20,000 nucleotides of DNA from an uncultured bacterium (lineage in GTDB: Bacteria; JAGOEH01): positions 61,415 to 81,414 of the forward strand of contig CAZWDO010000018.1 in the NCBI GenBank assembly GCA_964632485.1, in the 5' to 3' direction. The position numbers and the translations under genes were made by a program. The notes beneath the pieces were generated by a model that saw only the letters and a list, made by a program, of their open reading frames with translations, made no database searches and was not told where the DNA came from. Below, piece by piece: positions 9,101-17,315 of the stretch (within the stretch, counting starts at the first letter, position 1; the number at the start of each line of letters is the position of its first letter).

Positions 9101-9191
9101 GTACTTTTTTTATTTTTTTCTTTTTTTTTTATAAATTTCAGTTATATTAATTTCAAGGAAAGAAAATTACTATCCTAACAAGGAGGAACGA

Positions 9192-10895
9192 GTGTATTTT
9201 TTACCCATTTTTTTTGTTTTATTTTTCTTTTTTACAGGTGGAGTTGGAGCTGATTCACTTCGTACGCCGCGAACTACGTCCTCGGGGATTGAATTTATTT
9301 ATCGCTCAGTCGCTGATCTGCAAAGCGTCGCGTTGATCGGTACGTTCAATGGCTGGAACAGAAAATCGCATCCCATGGAAAAAACGAATTCACAGTGGCA
9401 TATTGCCCTACCACTTGACGAAGGTCAATACGAATATAAATTTATATTGAATGACACTTTGGAAATTTCGGATCCGCTCAATCCGTTAACCAATCCGGAT
9501 GGGTCGGGGAATTCGATGTTTTTTGTATTACCCGACAGGAGTCTGGATACCACTACCGCTGAAGTCGGGGAGGATTCGCCGGGGATTTACTATCGCCTCT
9601 ATCAGGCCCAGCCAAGCCCAGACTGGGCAGCGGGTTCAATAATTTATGAACTTTTTCCAAGAGTTTATACGGCAGAGGCAAATTTTAAGGGATTAACCCA
9701 GAAGCTACCTTATTTAAATGATTTAGGTATCAACGTCCTCTGGTTGATGCCCATCTATCCGATAGGAGAGGTCAAACGCAAAGGAGCTCTGGGCTCACCA
9801 TATTCAGTCAAAGATTATCAGGCAATCAATCCGGAATTCGGCGCGTCCGAAGATTTTCGCGAATGGGTTCAAACGGCGCACAGCATGGGATTCAAGGTGA
9901 TATTGGATTGGGTTGCGAATCATTGCGCCTGGGACAATCCAATGGTAGAGGAACATCCCGATTGGTTCACCCGCGATGCCGATGGAGAGATGGTTCCTCC
10001 ATACCCGGATTGGTCGGACGTAGTAGATTTTGACTATCACAACACCGGTTTGCAAGCTTATATGATAAAATCGCTGCTTTATTGGGTGGAAACTTACGAT
10101 ATTGACGGATTCCGCTGTGATGTTGCCGGACTGGTCCCGGCGGCGTTCTGGGTGGCGGCGCGGCGCGAACTTCTTGCTATAAAACCATCACTACTGCTTC
10201 TGGCAGAATCGGAAGAACCCATGCACCATATCAAGGGTTTCGACGTCACCTATGACGGCAGTTTACGCCGTATTCTGGGAAAAATTGCCAACGGTAAAGC
10301 TACCCAGGATGAATTTTGGCTGAACTATTACGGGACACGCTATCTATACCCTCGCAACAGTTTACGGATGCGTTGGCTGGAAAACCATGATCAGATTCGT
10401 TCTCTTGAATACTTCGGAGAAGACGCCATCTATCCAGCTTCCGTGGCGTTACTCACTCTGGACGAGGTTCCTTTAATCCTTATGGGCCAGGAATTCGGTG
10501 ATCTGAATTGGCGGAATTGGCAATCGCTCTTTGATCCGTTGCAATTGGAATGGTTCAAAAACGGTTCCCCACTTTACCAACATTACCGCGAGCTTATCCG
10601 GATTCGCCGGGAAAATCCTGTTTTTTCAACTGATTCAGTCGTCAGTATCCGCAACGATAACCCATGGATTGTGAGCTATGTCCGCCGCGACCCCTCGGCT
10701 ACTATTCTGGTTTTTATTAATATGTCAAATCGTTCCGCTAAATGCCGTCTCAACCCTGAGGATTGGAACACGCATCAACTGCCTCAAAAATTACGGGGTC
10801 AGGATATTTTTTACCATTTACCTTTCTCGGTTTCATTCGAACAAGCTGTTTTCGAATTAAAACCCTGGGGATTTAAAATCCTTAAACTCGAATAA
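9192..10895 (+). CDS. Secreted GH13 alpha-amylase family glycoside hydrolase with N-terminal CBM48/AMPK-type glycogen-binding domain
   Basis: GTG start after AGGAGG; signal peptide; SVALIGTFNGWN...W...LDEGQYEYKF (CBM48-like); GH13 conserved regions ILDWVANH, DGFRCDVA (nucleophile), LLAESE (acid/base), WLENHD. Confidence 0.93.
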   Translation: MYFLPIFFVLFFFFTGGVGADSLRTPRTTSSGIEFIYRSVADLQSVALIGTFNGWNRKSHPMEKTNSQWHIALPLDEGQYEYKFILNDTLEISDPLNPLTNPDGSGNSMFFVLPDRSLDTTTAEVGEDSPGIYYRLYQAQPSPDWAAGSIIYELFPRVYTAEANFKGLTQKLPYLNDLGINVLWLMPIYPIGEVKRKGALGSPYSVKDYQAINPEFGASEDFREWVQTAHSMGFKVILDWVANHCAWDNPMVEEHPDWFTRDADGEMVPPYPDWSDVVDFDYHNTGLQAYMIKSLLYWVETYDIDGFRCDVAGLVPAAFWVAARRELLAIKPSLLLLAESEEPMHHIKGFDVTYDGSLRRILGKIANGKATQDEFWLNYYGTRYLYPRNSLRMRWLENHDQIRSLEYFGEDAIYPASVALLTLDEVPLILMGQEFGDLNWRNWQSLFDPLQLEWFKNGSPLYQHYRELIRIRRENPVFSTDSVVSIRNDNPWIVSYVRRDPSATILVFINMSNRSAKCRLNPEDWNTHQLPQKLRGQDIFYHLPFSVSFEQAVFELKPWGFKILKLE

Positions 10896-10960
10896 AATGA
10901 ATTCAACTTCCCTATTTATGGTAAAAATAATTGTTTACTTATAACTCCAGGAGAATTAAT

Positions 10961-11557
10961 ATGAAGCGACGTATATGGTTATGGATTCTAATCGGAGGAA
11001 GTTGGGGCATTGTGGAATGGGTAGGATTTCAATTTTTAAAACCGATATTTCCCGCGGGTTCGATTGGGGCGGGATTAACAGGATTCAGTATTTTCTTTTT
11101 AGGCCTGGCAATATTTTCATCTTTACCGGTACGAGACCTCTTTCTGATTGCTTTAATCACAGCGATCATTAAACCCTTCGGGTTGATCGCGTTCGGCCAT
11201 CCTTCCTGGACAAGCTGCCTCAGCGGCTCACTTTGGATTTATGGTTTAGAAACCGCTGTTTTTGCGGCCGCCGTTACCTGGATACCTTGTAGCATTCAGC
11301 GATTCAGCCGATTCCCCTTACTTTGGGGGGCAGGGATCGCAACTTTCAGCGCGGCGCTGTTTCCCTTAAATTCATTACTATTTGGTTTACCAGGTTGCGC
11401 CCGGCCCGGAACCTCCATCCCGCTCAGTTTTTTTTATTTACCCGTTAGTATGATTTGCGGCGCCGTAGCTCTCTGGAGCGCACATTGTCTAAATATGGCC
11501 ATTAAAAAAGCGCGGCCGTCTCGTACCCTCACCGCTACATCCGACCAACCCTTTTAA
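10961..11557 (+). CDS. Hypothetical integral membrane protein (about 6 TM), first gene of the xdh cluster
   Basis: ATG 10961 after AGGAG; 198 aa, mostly hydrophobic helices; ends 12 bp before xdhA. Confidence 0.75.
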   Translation: MKRRIWLWILIGGSWGIVEWVGFQFLKPIFPAGSIGAGLTGFSIFFLGLAIFSSLPVRDLFLIALITAIIKPFGLIAFGHPSWTSCLSGSLWIYGLETAVFAAAVTWIPCSIQRFSRFPLLWGAGIATFSAALFPLNSLLFGLPGCARPGTSIPLSFFYLPVSMICGAVALWSAHCLNMAIKKARPSRTLTATSDQPF

Positions 11558-11569
11558 AGAGAGCGCGCC

Positions 11570-13015
11570 ATGAGTTCGCAACAAATAATTAAATTTATTC
11601 TCAATGAATGCGCCATCAGCGTTGAAATCAACACGAATATACTATTGCTCGATTGGTTAAGACGGGAGAGGAAACTGACCGGAACAAAAGAAGGGTGCCG
11701 GGAAGGCGATTGCGGCGCCTGCATGGTATTGAGAGGATCGCCAGCGCCATCGGGAATAGATTACCGGACAGTCAATTCCTGCATGCTCCCCCTATTCGAC
11801 TGCGCGCATACCCATATCGTTACCATTGAAGGATTAAACTCAACGGGATTGAGTCGGGTCCAGCAATTAATGATTGAAGAAGGGGCGTTTCAATGTGGTT
11901 TTTGTACGCCCGGGTTCATTATTTCAATTACCGGATTTTTGTTTCAGACACGACAATTCCATGCCAATGAACTGATTGAATTTCTGAGCGGAAATCTTTG
12001 CCGGTGTACGGGGTACAAAGCGATCGAACGCATGGCTGAACGCCTTTGTAAGGCTTTAGGAGGACTTTCTACCGCAGCGGAATCCCAGCAACAGCGCCTG
12101 GAATACCTGGTTGACGCCAATATAATTCCCGCCTATTTTCGGGATATACCCAACCAATTGGGGCAAACAGCCCCGAATTCGACTATTCTTCTGCCGCTTG
12201 CTTCCAAGACGATAATTATAGGCGGCGGAACCGATCTATTGGTTCAACACGGGGAAAATATCGATGATTTACACTTATGTCCTGCCCGGCAACTGCCTGG
12301 ATTACTCATTATAAAAAAGGACCCGCACACTATCCGGCTTGGAGCGGCATTAACGGTAGCGGAACTTTCTGAATCCAATATCATGCAACAAATTATCCCT
12401 GAATGGCATGAATACGTTCAACTGATTTCATGTCCTTCAATCCGACATCGGGCCACATTAGCGGGAAATATTGTCAATGCCTCTCCCATCGGAGATTTAA
12501 GTATCATATTTCTGGCGCTGAATGCGGATATGGTTCTAAGTGGAGAGAATTACGAACGTAAGGTTTCCCTTAAAAATTTTTTTCTTGAGTATAAAAAAAT
12601 GGATTTAAATACCGGAGAAATTTTAAAAGCGATCGAAATAATCCAACCCATAAAAAATTTTAAATTCCATTTTGAGAAGGTAGCGCGGCGTCAGCGATTG
12701 GATATTGCTTCCGTCAATTGCGCTATGAGTGTAGTTTGGAGTACGGAAGATCGTCATATTGTAGAGATTCACGCAGCAGCGGGTGGCGTAGCTCCCATTC
12801 CCTTATATCTCCACAATTTTACGGCCTATCTGAAGCAACGTGAAATTAATGAGAGCGCCTTTAACAGAGCGGTTTCCATCGCCCTTGAGGAAGTCAGTCC
12901 CATCAGCGATGTCCGGGGCAGCTCCGATTATAAACGTTTACTTTTACGGCAATTATTATGGGCGCACGCGATCAAACTACTGAATATAAACCTTCAACCA
13001 GGGTCGCTGTTATGA
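11570..13015 (+). CDS. xdhA: Xanthine dehydrogenase small subunit (2x[2Fe-2S] + FAD)
   Basis: TGTKEGCREGDCGAC...NSC and QCGFCTPG...GNLCRCTGY Fe-S motifs; FAD motifs GGGTDL, RHRATLAGNIVNASPIGD, PISDVRGSSDYK. Confidence 0.95.
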   Translation: MSSQQIIKFILNECAISVEINTNILLLDWLRRERKLTGTKEGCREGDCGACMVLRGSPAPSGIDYRTVNSCMLPLFDCAHTHIVTIEGLNSTGLSRVQQLMIEEGAFQCGFCTPGFIISITGFLFQTRQFHANELIEFLSGNLCRCTGYKAIERMAERLCKALGGLSTAAESQQQRLEYLVDANIIPAYFRDIPNQLGQTAPNSTILLPLASKTIIIGGGTDLLVQHGENIDDLHLCPARQLPGLLIIKKDPHTIRLGAALTVAELSESNIMQQIIPEWHEYVQLISCPSIRHRATLAGNIVNASPIGDLSIIFLALNADMVLSGENYERKVSLKNFFLEYKKMDLNTGEILKAIEIIQPIKNFKFHFEKVARRQRLDIASVNCAMSVVWSTEDRHIVEIHAAAGGVAPIPLYLHNFTAYLKQREINESAFNRAVSIALEEVSPISDVRGSSDYKRLLLRQLLWAHAIKLLNINLQPGSLL

Positions 13016-15300
13016 AACCACGAGATACTGAGCTGCATGTGCGCGGGACAGCGCAATTTATTGATGATCTGCCTGAACCGGAGGGAGTGGTTCATGCGGC
13101 AGTTTTCGGCGCTCCTGTCGCTCACGGGCGTTTGTTGGCCATTGAAACCCATGGGGCCGATTCCATGCCCGGAGTGCTGGGCGTTCTAACGGCATCCGAC
13201 ATCCCCGGCGAAAATCAGATCGGCCATATAATTGCCGACGAACCCCTATTGGCAAATGAAACAATCGAATACTACCAGCAACCCCTCGCCGTCGTCCTTG
13301 CGCTATCCGCAACCCAAGCGCGCCGCGCGGCAAGGCGTATCCGGGCAAATCTGGAACCACTGACGCCCGTATTGGATTTGGATGAAGCCTTGCGGCTAAA
13401 GCAAATTATCGGTAAAGAACGGGTATTTGAAACCGGCAATGTGGAACGCGCCTGGAATGAGTGCGCGCTGATAGTGGAAGGACAGGTGGAATCAGGATTT
13501 CAGGAGCATGTGTATCTCGAGCCGCAATCGGCTCTGGCGCTTCCACTTGAAGGCGGACGACTCAAAGTTTATACGTCCACCCAATCGCCAACGGCAGTGC
13601 AACGCACTATCGCGCGGGTTCTGGGCTGTTCAATGAATGCGGTTGAAGTGGAAGTGATGCGACTGGGCGGTGGTTTCGGCGGCAAAGAAGAACAGGCTAA
13701 CAGTTGGGCCAGCCTGGCAGCATTAGCGGCATATCGATTTAAACGGCCGGTTAAATTAATCCTGAACCGCGCTGAGGATATCTCTATGACGGGGAAACGA
13801 CACCCCTATCGCGCTCACTTTAAACTGGGCATCGATTCTAAATATAAAATCCGGGCCTATACGGTGGAACTCTACCAGAATGCTGGCGCGTTTTGCGATC
13901 TTTCTCCCGCCATTCTCGAACGCTCTTTGTTTCATGCCACTAACAGCTACTATATTCCTAACGCGCGTTTAAAAGCGGTTTCACTGAAAACCAACATTCC
14001 CCCCAATACAGCATTCCGGGGTTTCGGCGCCCCCCAATCAATGTTCGTTATTGAAACAGCGCTCTCGGAAGCCGCCCGGCAAATGGGAATCACCACCGCT
14101 GCGCTCCAGGAAGCCAATCTGATTCAAAAAGGAGAGCCTTTCCCCTACGGCATGCAACAGAAAGACCAGCAACCCCTGGCCTGTTGGCGAAAACTGCAAA
14201 CTGATTTTCGTGTGGCTGATCTTAGAAAACGTATCGAAGCCTTTAACCAAACCCATTCCTGGCAAAAAAAAGGATTGGCGCTGATGCCGATCTGCTTTGG
14301 AATTTCTTTCACAACAACCTGGATGAACCAGGCATCCGCGCTGGTAAATATCTATACGGATGGCAGCATCAGCATCAACACCGGCGCAGTTGAAATGGGG
14401 CAGGGCGTCCACGCCAAACTGCGTCAAATTGCCGCCACAATTTTTGGAATCGAATCGACACGTATTTTTATTGAAGCAACCAATACCAGCCGGATAGCCA
14501 ATTCATCGCCAACTGCTGCCAGCACCGGACCGGACCTGAATGGCAACGCGACGCTGATGGCGTGTGAAATATTGAAAAACCGCATTATAGAGGTAGCGCG
14601 CCGTCTGCTGAATGCGGGTGCAACCACTACACTATCTATCGCAAACGAAACAATTTGCATCGACAAAACCCCGACTGCGATGAACTGGACCGAACTGATC
14701 CAGAAAAGTTATTGGGAACGAGTTTCACTTTCCGCTCATGCGTTTTATGCGACTCCGGATATCTTTTTCGACCGAGTTACAGAAAAAGGCCGGCCCTTCG
14801 CGTATCATGTCAGCGGTTGCTCCCTGACCGAAATTACCTTGGATTGTCTGCGCGGAATTTTCGTCATCGATTCAGTTTCCATTGTTCACGACCTGGGACG
14901 GCCTATTGATGAAATTATTGACCGCGGTCAGATTGAAGGCGCTCTGCTTCAGGGATTAGGATGGATTTCAATGGAAGAAATTCTTTTTGATACTAAAGGA
15001 TATTTGCTAACGCCAAATTTAGCGAAATACAAAATACCCGATATCGCGTTTGCTCCCGGGCGCGTCGTGATCCATTTCGCAGAAATCGGAGAAGAAAACT
15101 CCCGCGACGGAATTTTGGGTTCAAAAGCCATCGGGGAGCCCCCTTTCATGTACGGTATCGGACTTTTTTTCGCGCTCAAAGAGGCGATCCTGGCCTTCAA
15201 TCCAAGGGCGCAGCTTGCCAACATAGCTCCCTTGACCCATGAACGAATCTTATCGGCGCTATATCCTCAAAATCTGGTCGGGAAAGAATCATGCCGTTGA
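13012..15300 (+). CDS. xdhB: Xanthine dehydrogenase molybdopterin-binding subunit
   Basis: ATG 13012 overlaps the xdhA stop (ATGA); QEHVYLE, RLGGGFGGKE, TAFRGFGAPQ, GAVEMGQG, GQIEGA, SKAIGEPP (catalytic Glu). The substrate-binding Glu and Arg of xanthine oxidoreductases appear retained. Confidence 0.95.
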   Translation: MKPRDTELHVRGTAQFIDDLPEPEGVVHAAVFGAPVAHGRLLAIETHGADSMPGVLGVLTASDIPGENQIGHIIADEPLLANETIEYYQQPLAVVLALSATQARRAARRIRANLEPLTPVLDLDEALRLKQIIGKERVFETGNVERAWNECALIVEGQVESGFQEHVYLEPQSALALPLEGGRLKVYTSTQSPTAVQRTIARVLGCSMNAVEVEVMRLGGGFGGKEEQANSWASLAALAAYRFKRPVKLILNRAEDISMTGKRHPYRAHFKLGIDSKYKIRAYTVELYQNAGAFCDLSPAILERSLFHATNSYYIPNARLKAVSLKTNIPPNTAFRGFGAPQSMFVIETALSEAARQMGITTAALQEANLIQKGEPFPYGMQQKDQQPLACWRKLQTDFRVADLRKRIEAFNQTHSWQKKGLALMPICFGISFTTTWMNQASALVNIYTDGSISINTGAVEMGQGVHAKLRQIAATIFGIESTRIFIEATNTSRIANSSPTAASTGPDLNGNATLMACEILKNRIIEVARRLLNAGATTTLSIANETICIDKTPTAMNWTELIQKSYWERVSLSAHAFYATPDIFFDRVTEKGRPFAYHVSGCSLTEITLDCLRGIFVIDSVSIVHDLGRPIDEIIDRGQIEGALLQGLGWISMEEILFDTKGYLLTPNLAKYKIPDIAFAPGRVVIHFAEIGEENSRDGILGSKAIGEPPFMYGIGLFFALKEAILAFNPRAQLANIAPLTHERILSALYPQNLVGKESCR

Positions 15301-15776
15301 TTACAGCGCAGGATATATGGCGCGGCCTGCTTATTTACCCCCTGGGCGATACCATTGCCGCCTTAATTTCCCGGCAATTCAACATATCGCGGCTAATAGG
15401 CATGATGCTGATCGGCGCTTTACTATACGCTTTTGAAATCCCGCATTATTTTAATTGGCTGGAAAAGAAAATCGGACAGCCGCAAAATTTCAGATATCGC
15501 TTGAGAAAAAGCGCGCTGGCGGCGTTATGGTTCAATCCCCTGTGGATCGCCCGCCACCTGTTTTTTATCTATCTCTTCAGCGGCGCTTGGTATAAATTGA
15601 ATACCCATCTGATAATCATTGGCATCTATTCTTTTATCTGGAACCTGCCTGTTTCACTGTCGGCCAATTATGTGATACAAAACAAACTTTCATTGAGATG
15701 GCGTTTTTTTGCCAGCGCTGTTTTTTCTTCTTTAATGGCGATTTACTATGCGCTGAGTGGAGTATGGCTTCAATGA
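15291..15776 (+). CDS. Mpv17/PMP22 (PXMP2) family membrane protein
   Basis: 161 aa, 4 hydrophobic helices; LGDTIAALI...SRLIGMMLIG...HYFNWLEK...LRKSALAALWFNPLW...ANYVIQNKLSLRWRFFASAVFS resembles the Mpv17 pattern (GDxxAQ...RxxxMxxxG...WyxxLd...K...fxP...N...vPxxxR). Overlaps both xdhB and xdhC. Confidence 0.75.
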   Translation: MPLITAQDIWRGLLIYPLGDTIAALISRQFNISRLIGMMLIGALLYAFEIPHYFNWLEKKIGQPQNFRYRLRKSALAALWFNPLWIARHLFFIYLFSGAWYKLNTHLIIIGIYSFIWNLPVSLSANYVIQNKLSLRWRFFASAVFSSLMAIYYALSGVWLQ

Positions 15777-16756
15777 CGGATTACCAGTTCTGGCAAAGCG
15801 TGGTTAACCGCTTGGAAAACCGTCATTCGCTGCTACTGGCAATCGTTGTCCATACAGAAGGCCACAGCCCCGGGCGCCCGGGTTTCAAGATGGCGGTGAC
15901 CCGGGGCGATAGCTTCGGAACAGTAGGCGGGGGAGCGCTGGAAGAAAAGGTCATTAATCAAAGCCGATCGGCCGAGCAAACCCCCGGTTTCCAAGCGCGG
16001 CGCATTTCCATTGACCTATCCGCGGCCGCGCCCCACGGGATGGTCTGCGGGGGAAAAGCCGAAATACTGCTCGTCTCGTTGACCGAGACGCCACTTTCTG
16101 AATGGCGGGTCCTGCTCGAGCGCTATCAGCGAGGCGAAAGATCCCTCCTGCAAATTACCGCGGAGGACACTATAAGTATCAGCCCCTTAGCCGCATCCGT
16201 TCCGGATTCGATCGCCAATCGAATTGAATGGCGCTTCGTATCGCCGGAACAGTGGCAGTACCGGGAACGGGTGGGATTCTCCGACCGGATTTTCATTATC
16301 GGCGGCGGACACGTAAGTCTGGCGCTTTCAAAAATTCTGGTAGCGTTAAATTTCCATATAACGGTATGCGACGAACGCGAAAATCTACCCTCATTGATGG
16401 AAAATTGCTTTGCCCATGAGATTGTCCGCATCCCATTCGGCCGCGTCCATGAAATCCTACCTCAAGGGGAGCGCCTTTGGATCGCGATCATGACCCCTGA
16501 CCATCGCTATGATTATGAAACGCTGCACCGGTTGATCCGCATGCCCCTAACTTATATCGGCGTGATGGCCAGTCCGGAAAAAGCGCGCCAATTTTGTGAT
16601 CAGCTCCAGCAGGAGGGTATCGAAGCCGCATTGATGCGTAAACTTCATATTCCGATAGGTGTACCGATCCATAGCGAAACAGCGGAAGAAATTGCAGTCA
16701 GCATCGCCGCGCAACTGATCCAACTCCGCTATGAATTCAGCTCATCACCCGATTAA
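15773..16756 (+). CDS. xdhC: XdhC/CoxI family molybdenum-cofactor chaperone (xanthine dehydrogenase accessory factor)
   Basis: ATG 15773 overlaps the upstream stop (ATGA); TEGHSPGRPGFKM...FGTVGGGALE, GMVCGG, IIGGGHVSLAL, MTPDHRYD, YIGVMAS, HIPIGVPIHSETAEEIAVSIAAQL. Confidence 0.95.
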   Translation: MTDYQFWQSVVNRLENRHSLLLAIVVHTEGHSPGRPGFKMAVTRGDSFGTVGGGALEEKVINQSRSAEQTPGFQARRISIDLSAAAPHGMVCGGKAEILLVSLTETPLSEWRVLLERYQRGERSLLQITAEDTISISPLAASVPDSIANRIEWRFVSPEQWQYRERVGFSDRIFIIGGGHVSLALSKILVALNFHITVCDERENLPSLMENCFAHEIVRIPFGRVHEILPQGERLWIAIMTPDHRYDYETLHRLIRMPLTYIGVMASPEKARQFCDQLQQEGIEAALMRKLHIPIGVPIHSETAEEIAVSIAAQLIQLRYEFSSSPD

Positions 16757-16953
16757 CATAAAAATCTATTTCATCGTTAATAGTGTCCCCTTTAAAAGTG
16801 TGTGAATATTTTTCTAAAATTTAATGGGAAATATTACCTCCCAAGAGGATTGTGTCAATAATATCTTCAAAAAAATTCCCAGAACCAGCAGAAACGAAAT
16901 AATTCGGGACTATTGAATATAAGCCAAAATTTTATTGCAAAAACAGAAAGACC

Positions 16954-16982
16954 TTGACAAAACAATGGTAGCATTGTATAAT
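16954..16982 (+). promoter_or_regulatory. Consensus sigma70 promoter with an internal palindrome
   Basis: TTGACA (16954-16959), 17 bp spacer, TATAAT (16977-16982); the spacer holds ACAATG-GTAG-CATTGT (16962-16977). Confidence 0.8.
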
Positions 16983-17127
16983 TGTGAAAGGAAATCCTAT
17001 AGAATTTTTAAAAACCGTAACATTGACGGCGCGATAGCATTGATAATTTTCATTAAAATTGATGCATTTCTCCCAAAGGAACTGAAACGATGCAAACAAA
17101 GAACTTGAATAAAAGGAATTTAGAGAA

Positions 17128-17276
17128 ATGACCAAACAGAAATACTCCCTCTCCTGGCTTGAAGGCTTTCTCATGGATGCCTGCGATATTCTGCGCGGCA
17201 ATTATGTCGTGTAATGATTTTGGAAGATTGAGAAAAAGAGAGTGCCCGGCTTGCGGGATTTTTGAAGGAGCCGGGG
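17128..17276 (+). pseudogene. hsdM: Type I R-M methyltransferase remnant (N-terminus joined to C-terminus)
   Basis: MTKQKYSLSWLEGFLMDACDILRGN (17128-17202) resembles the HsdM N-terminal helix; after stops, KIEKKR and ARLAGFLKEPG (17244-17276) resemble the HsdM C-terminal '...RLxGFLKELG'. Confidence 0.7.
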
Positions 17277-17315
17277 TGGATTCCCAAGGAGTGGGAGGTG
17301 AAGAGGTTGGATGAG
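17274..17315 (+). pseudogene. hsdS: Type I R-M specificity subunit remnant (conserved-region motif only)
   Basis: GGG TGG ATT CCC AAG GAG TGG GAG GTG AAG AGG TTG GAT GAG = GWIPKEWEVKRLDE, matching the HsdS 'LGxIPxxWEVxxLGE' motif; lies between the hsdM and hsdR pieces. Confidence 0.65.

Noticed and set aside
12958-13011. Longer ORF-track starts for xdhB (12958), xdhC (15698) and tolC (8456)
   Set aside because: ATGA-coupled starts at 13012, 15773 and 8411 fit homologous N-termini better and avoid long overlaps.
3079-16431. Many short alternative-frame and antisense ORFs inside the RND, amylase and xdh genes
   Set aside because: Shadow ORFs fully overlapping well-supported genes, with no independent evidence.
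16778-16917. Weak inverted similarity (TAATAGTGTCCC ... GGGACTATTGA) as possible MITE ends
   Set aside because: Imperfect, needs a gap, no target-site duplication or transposase seen.
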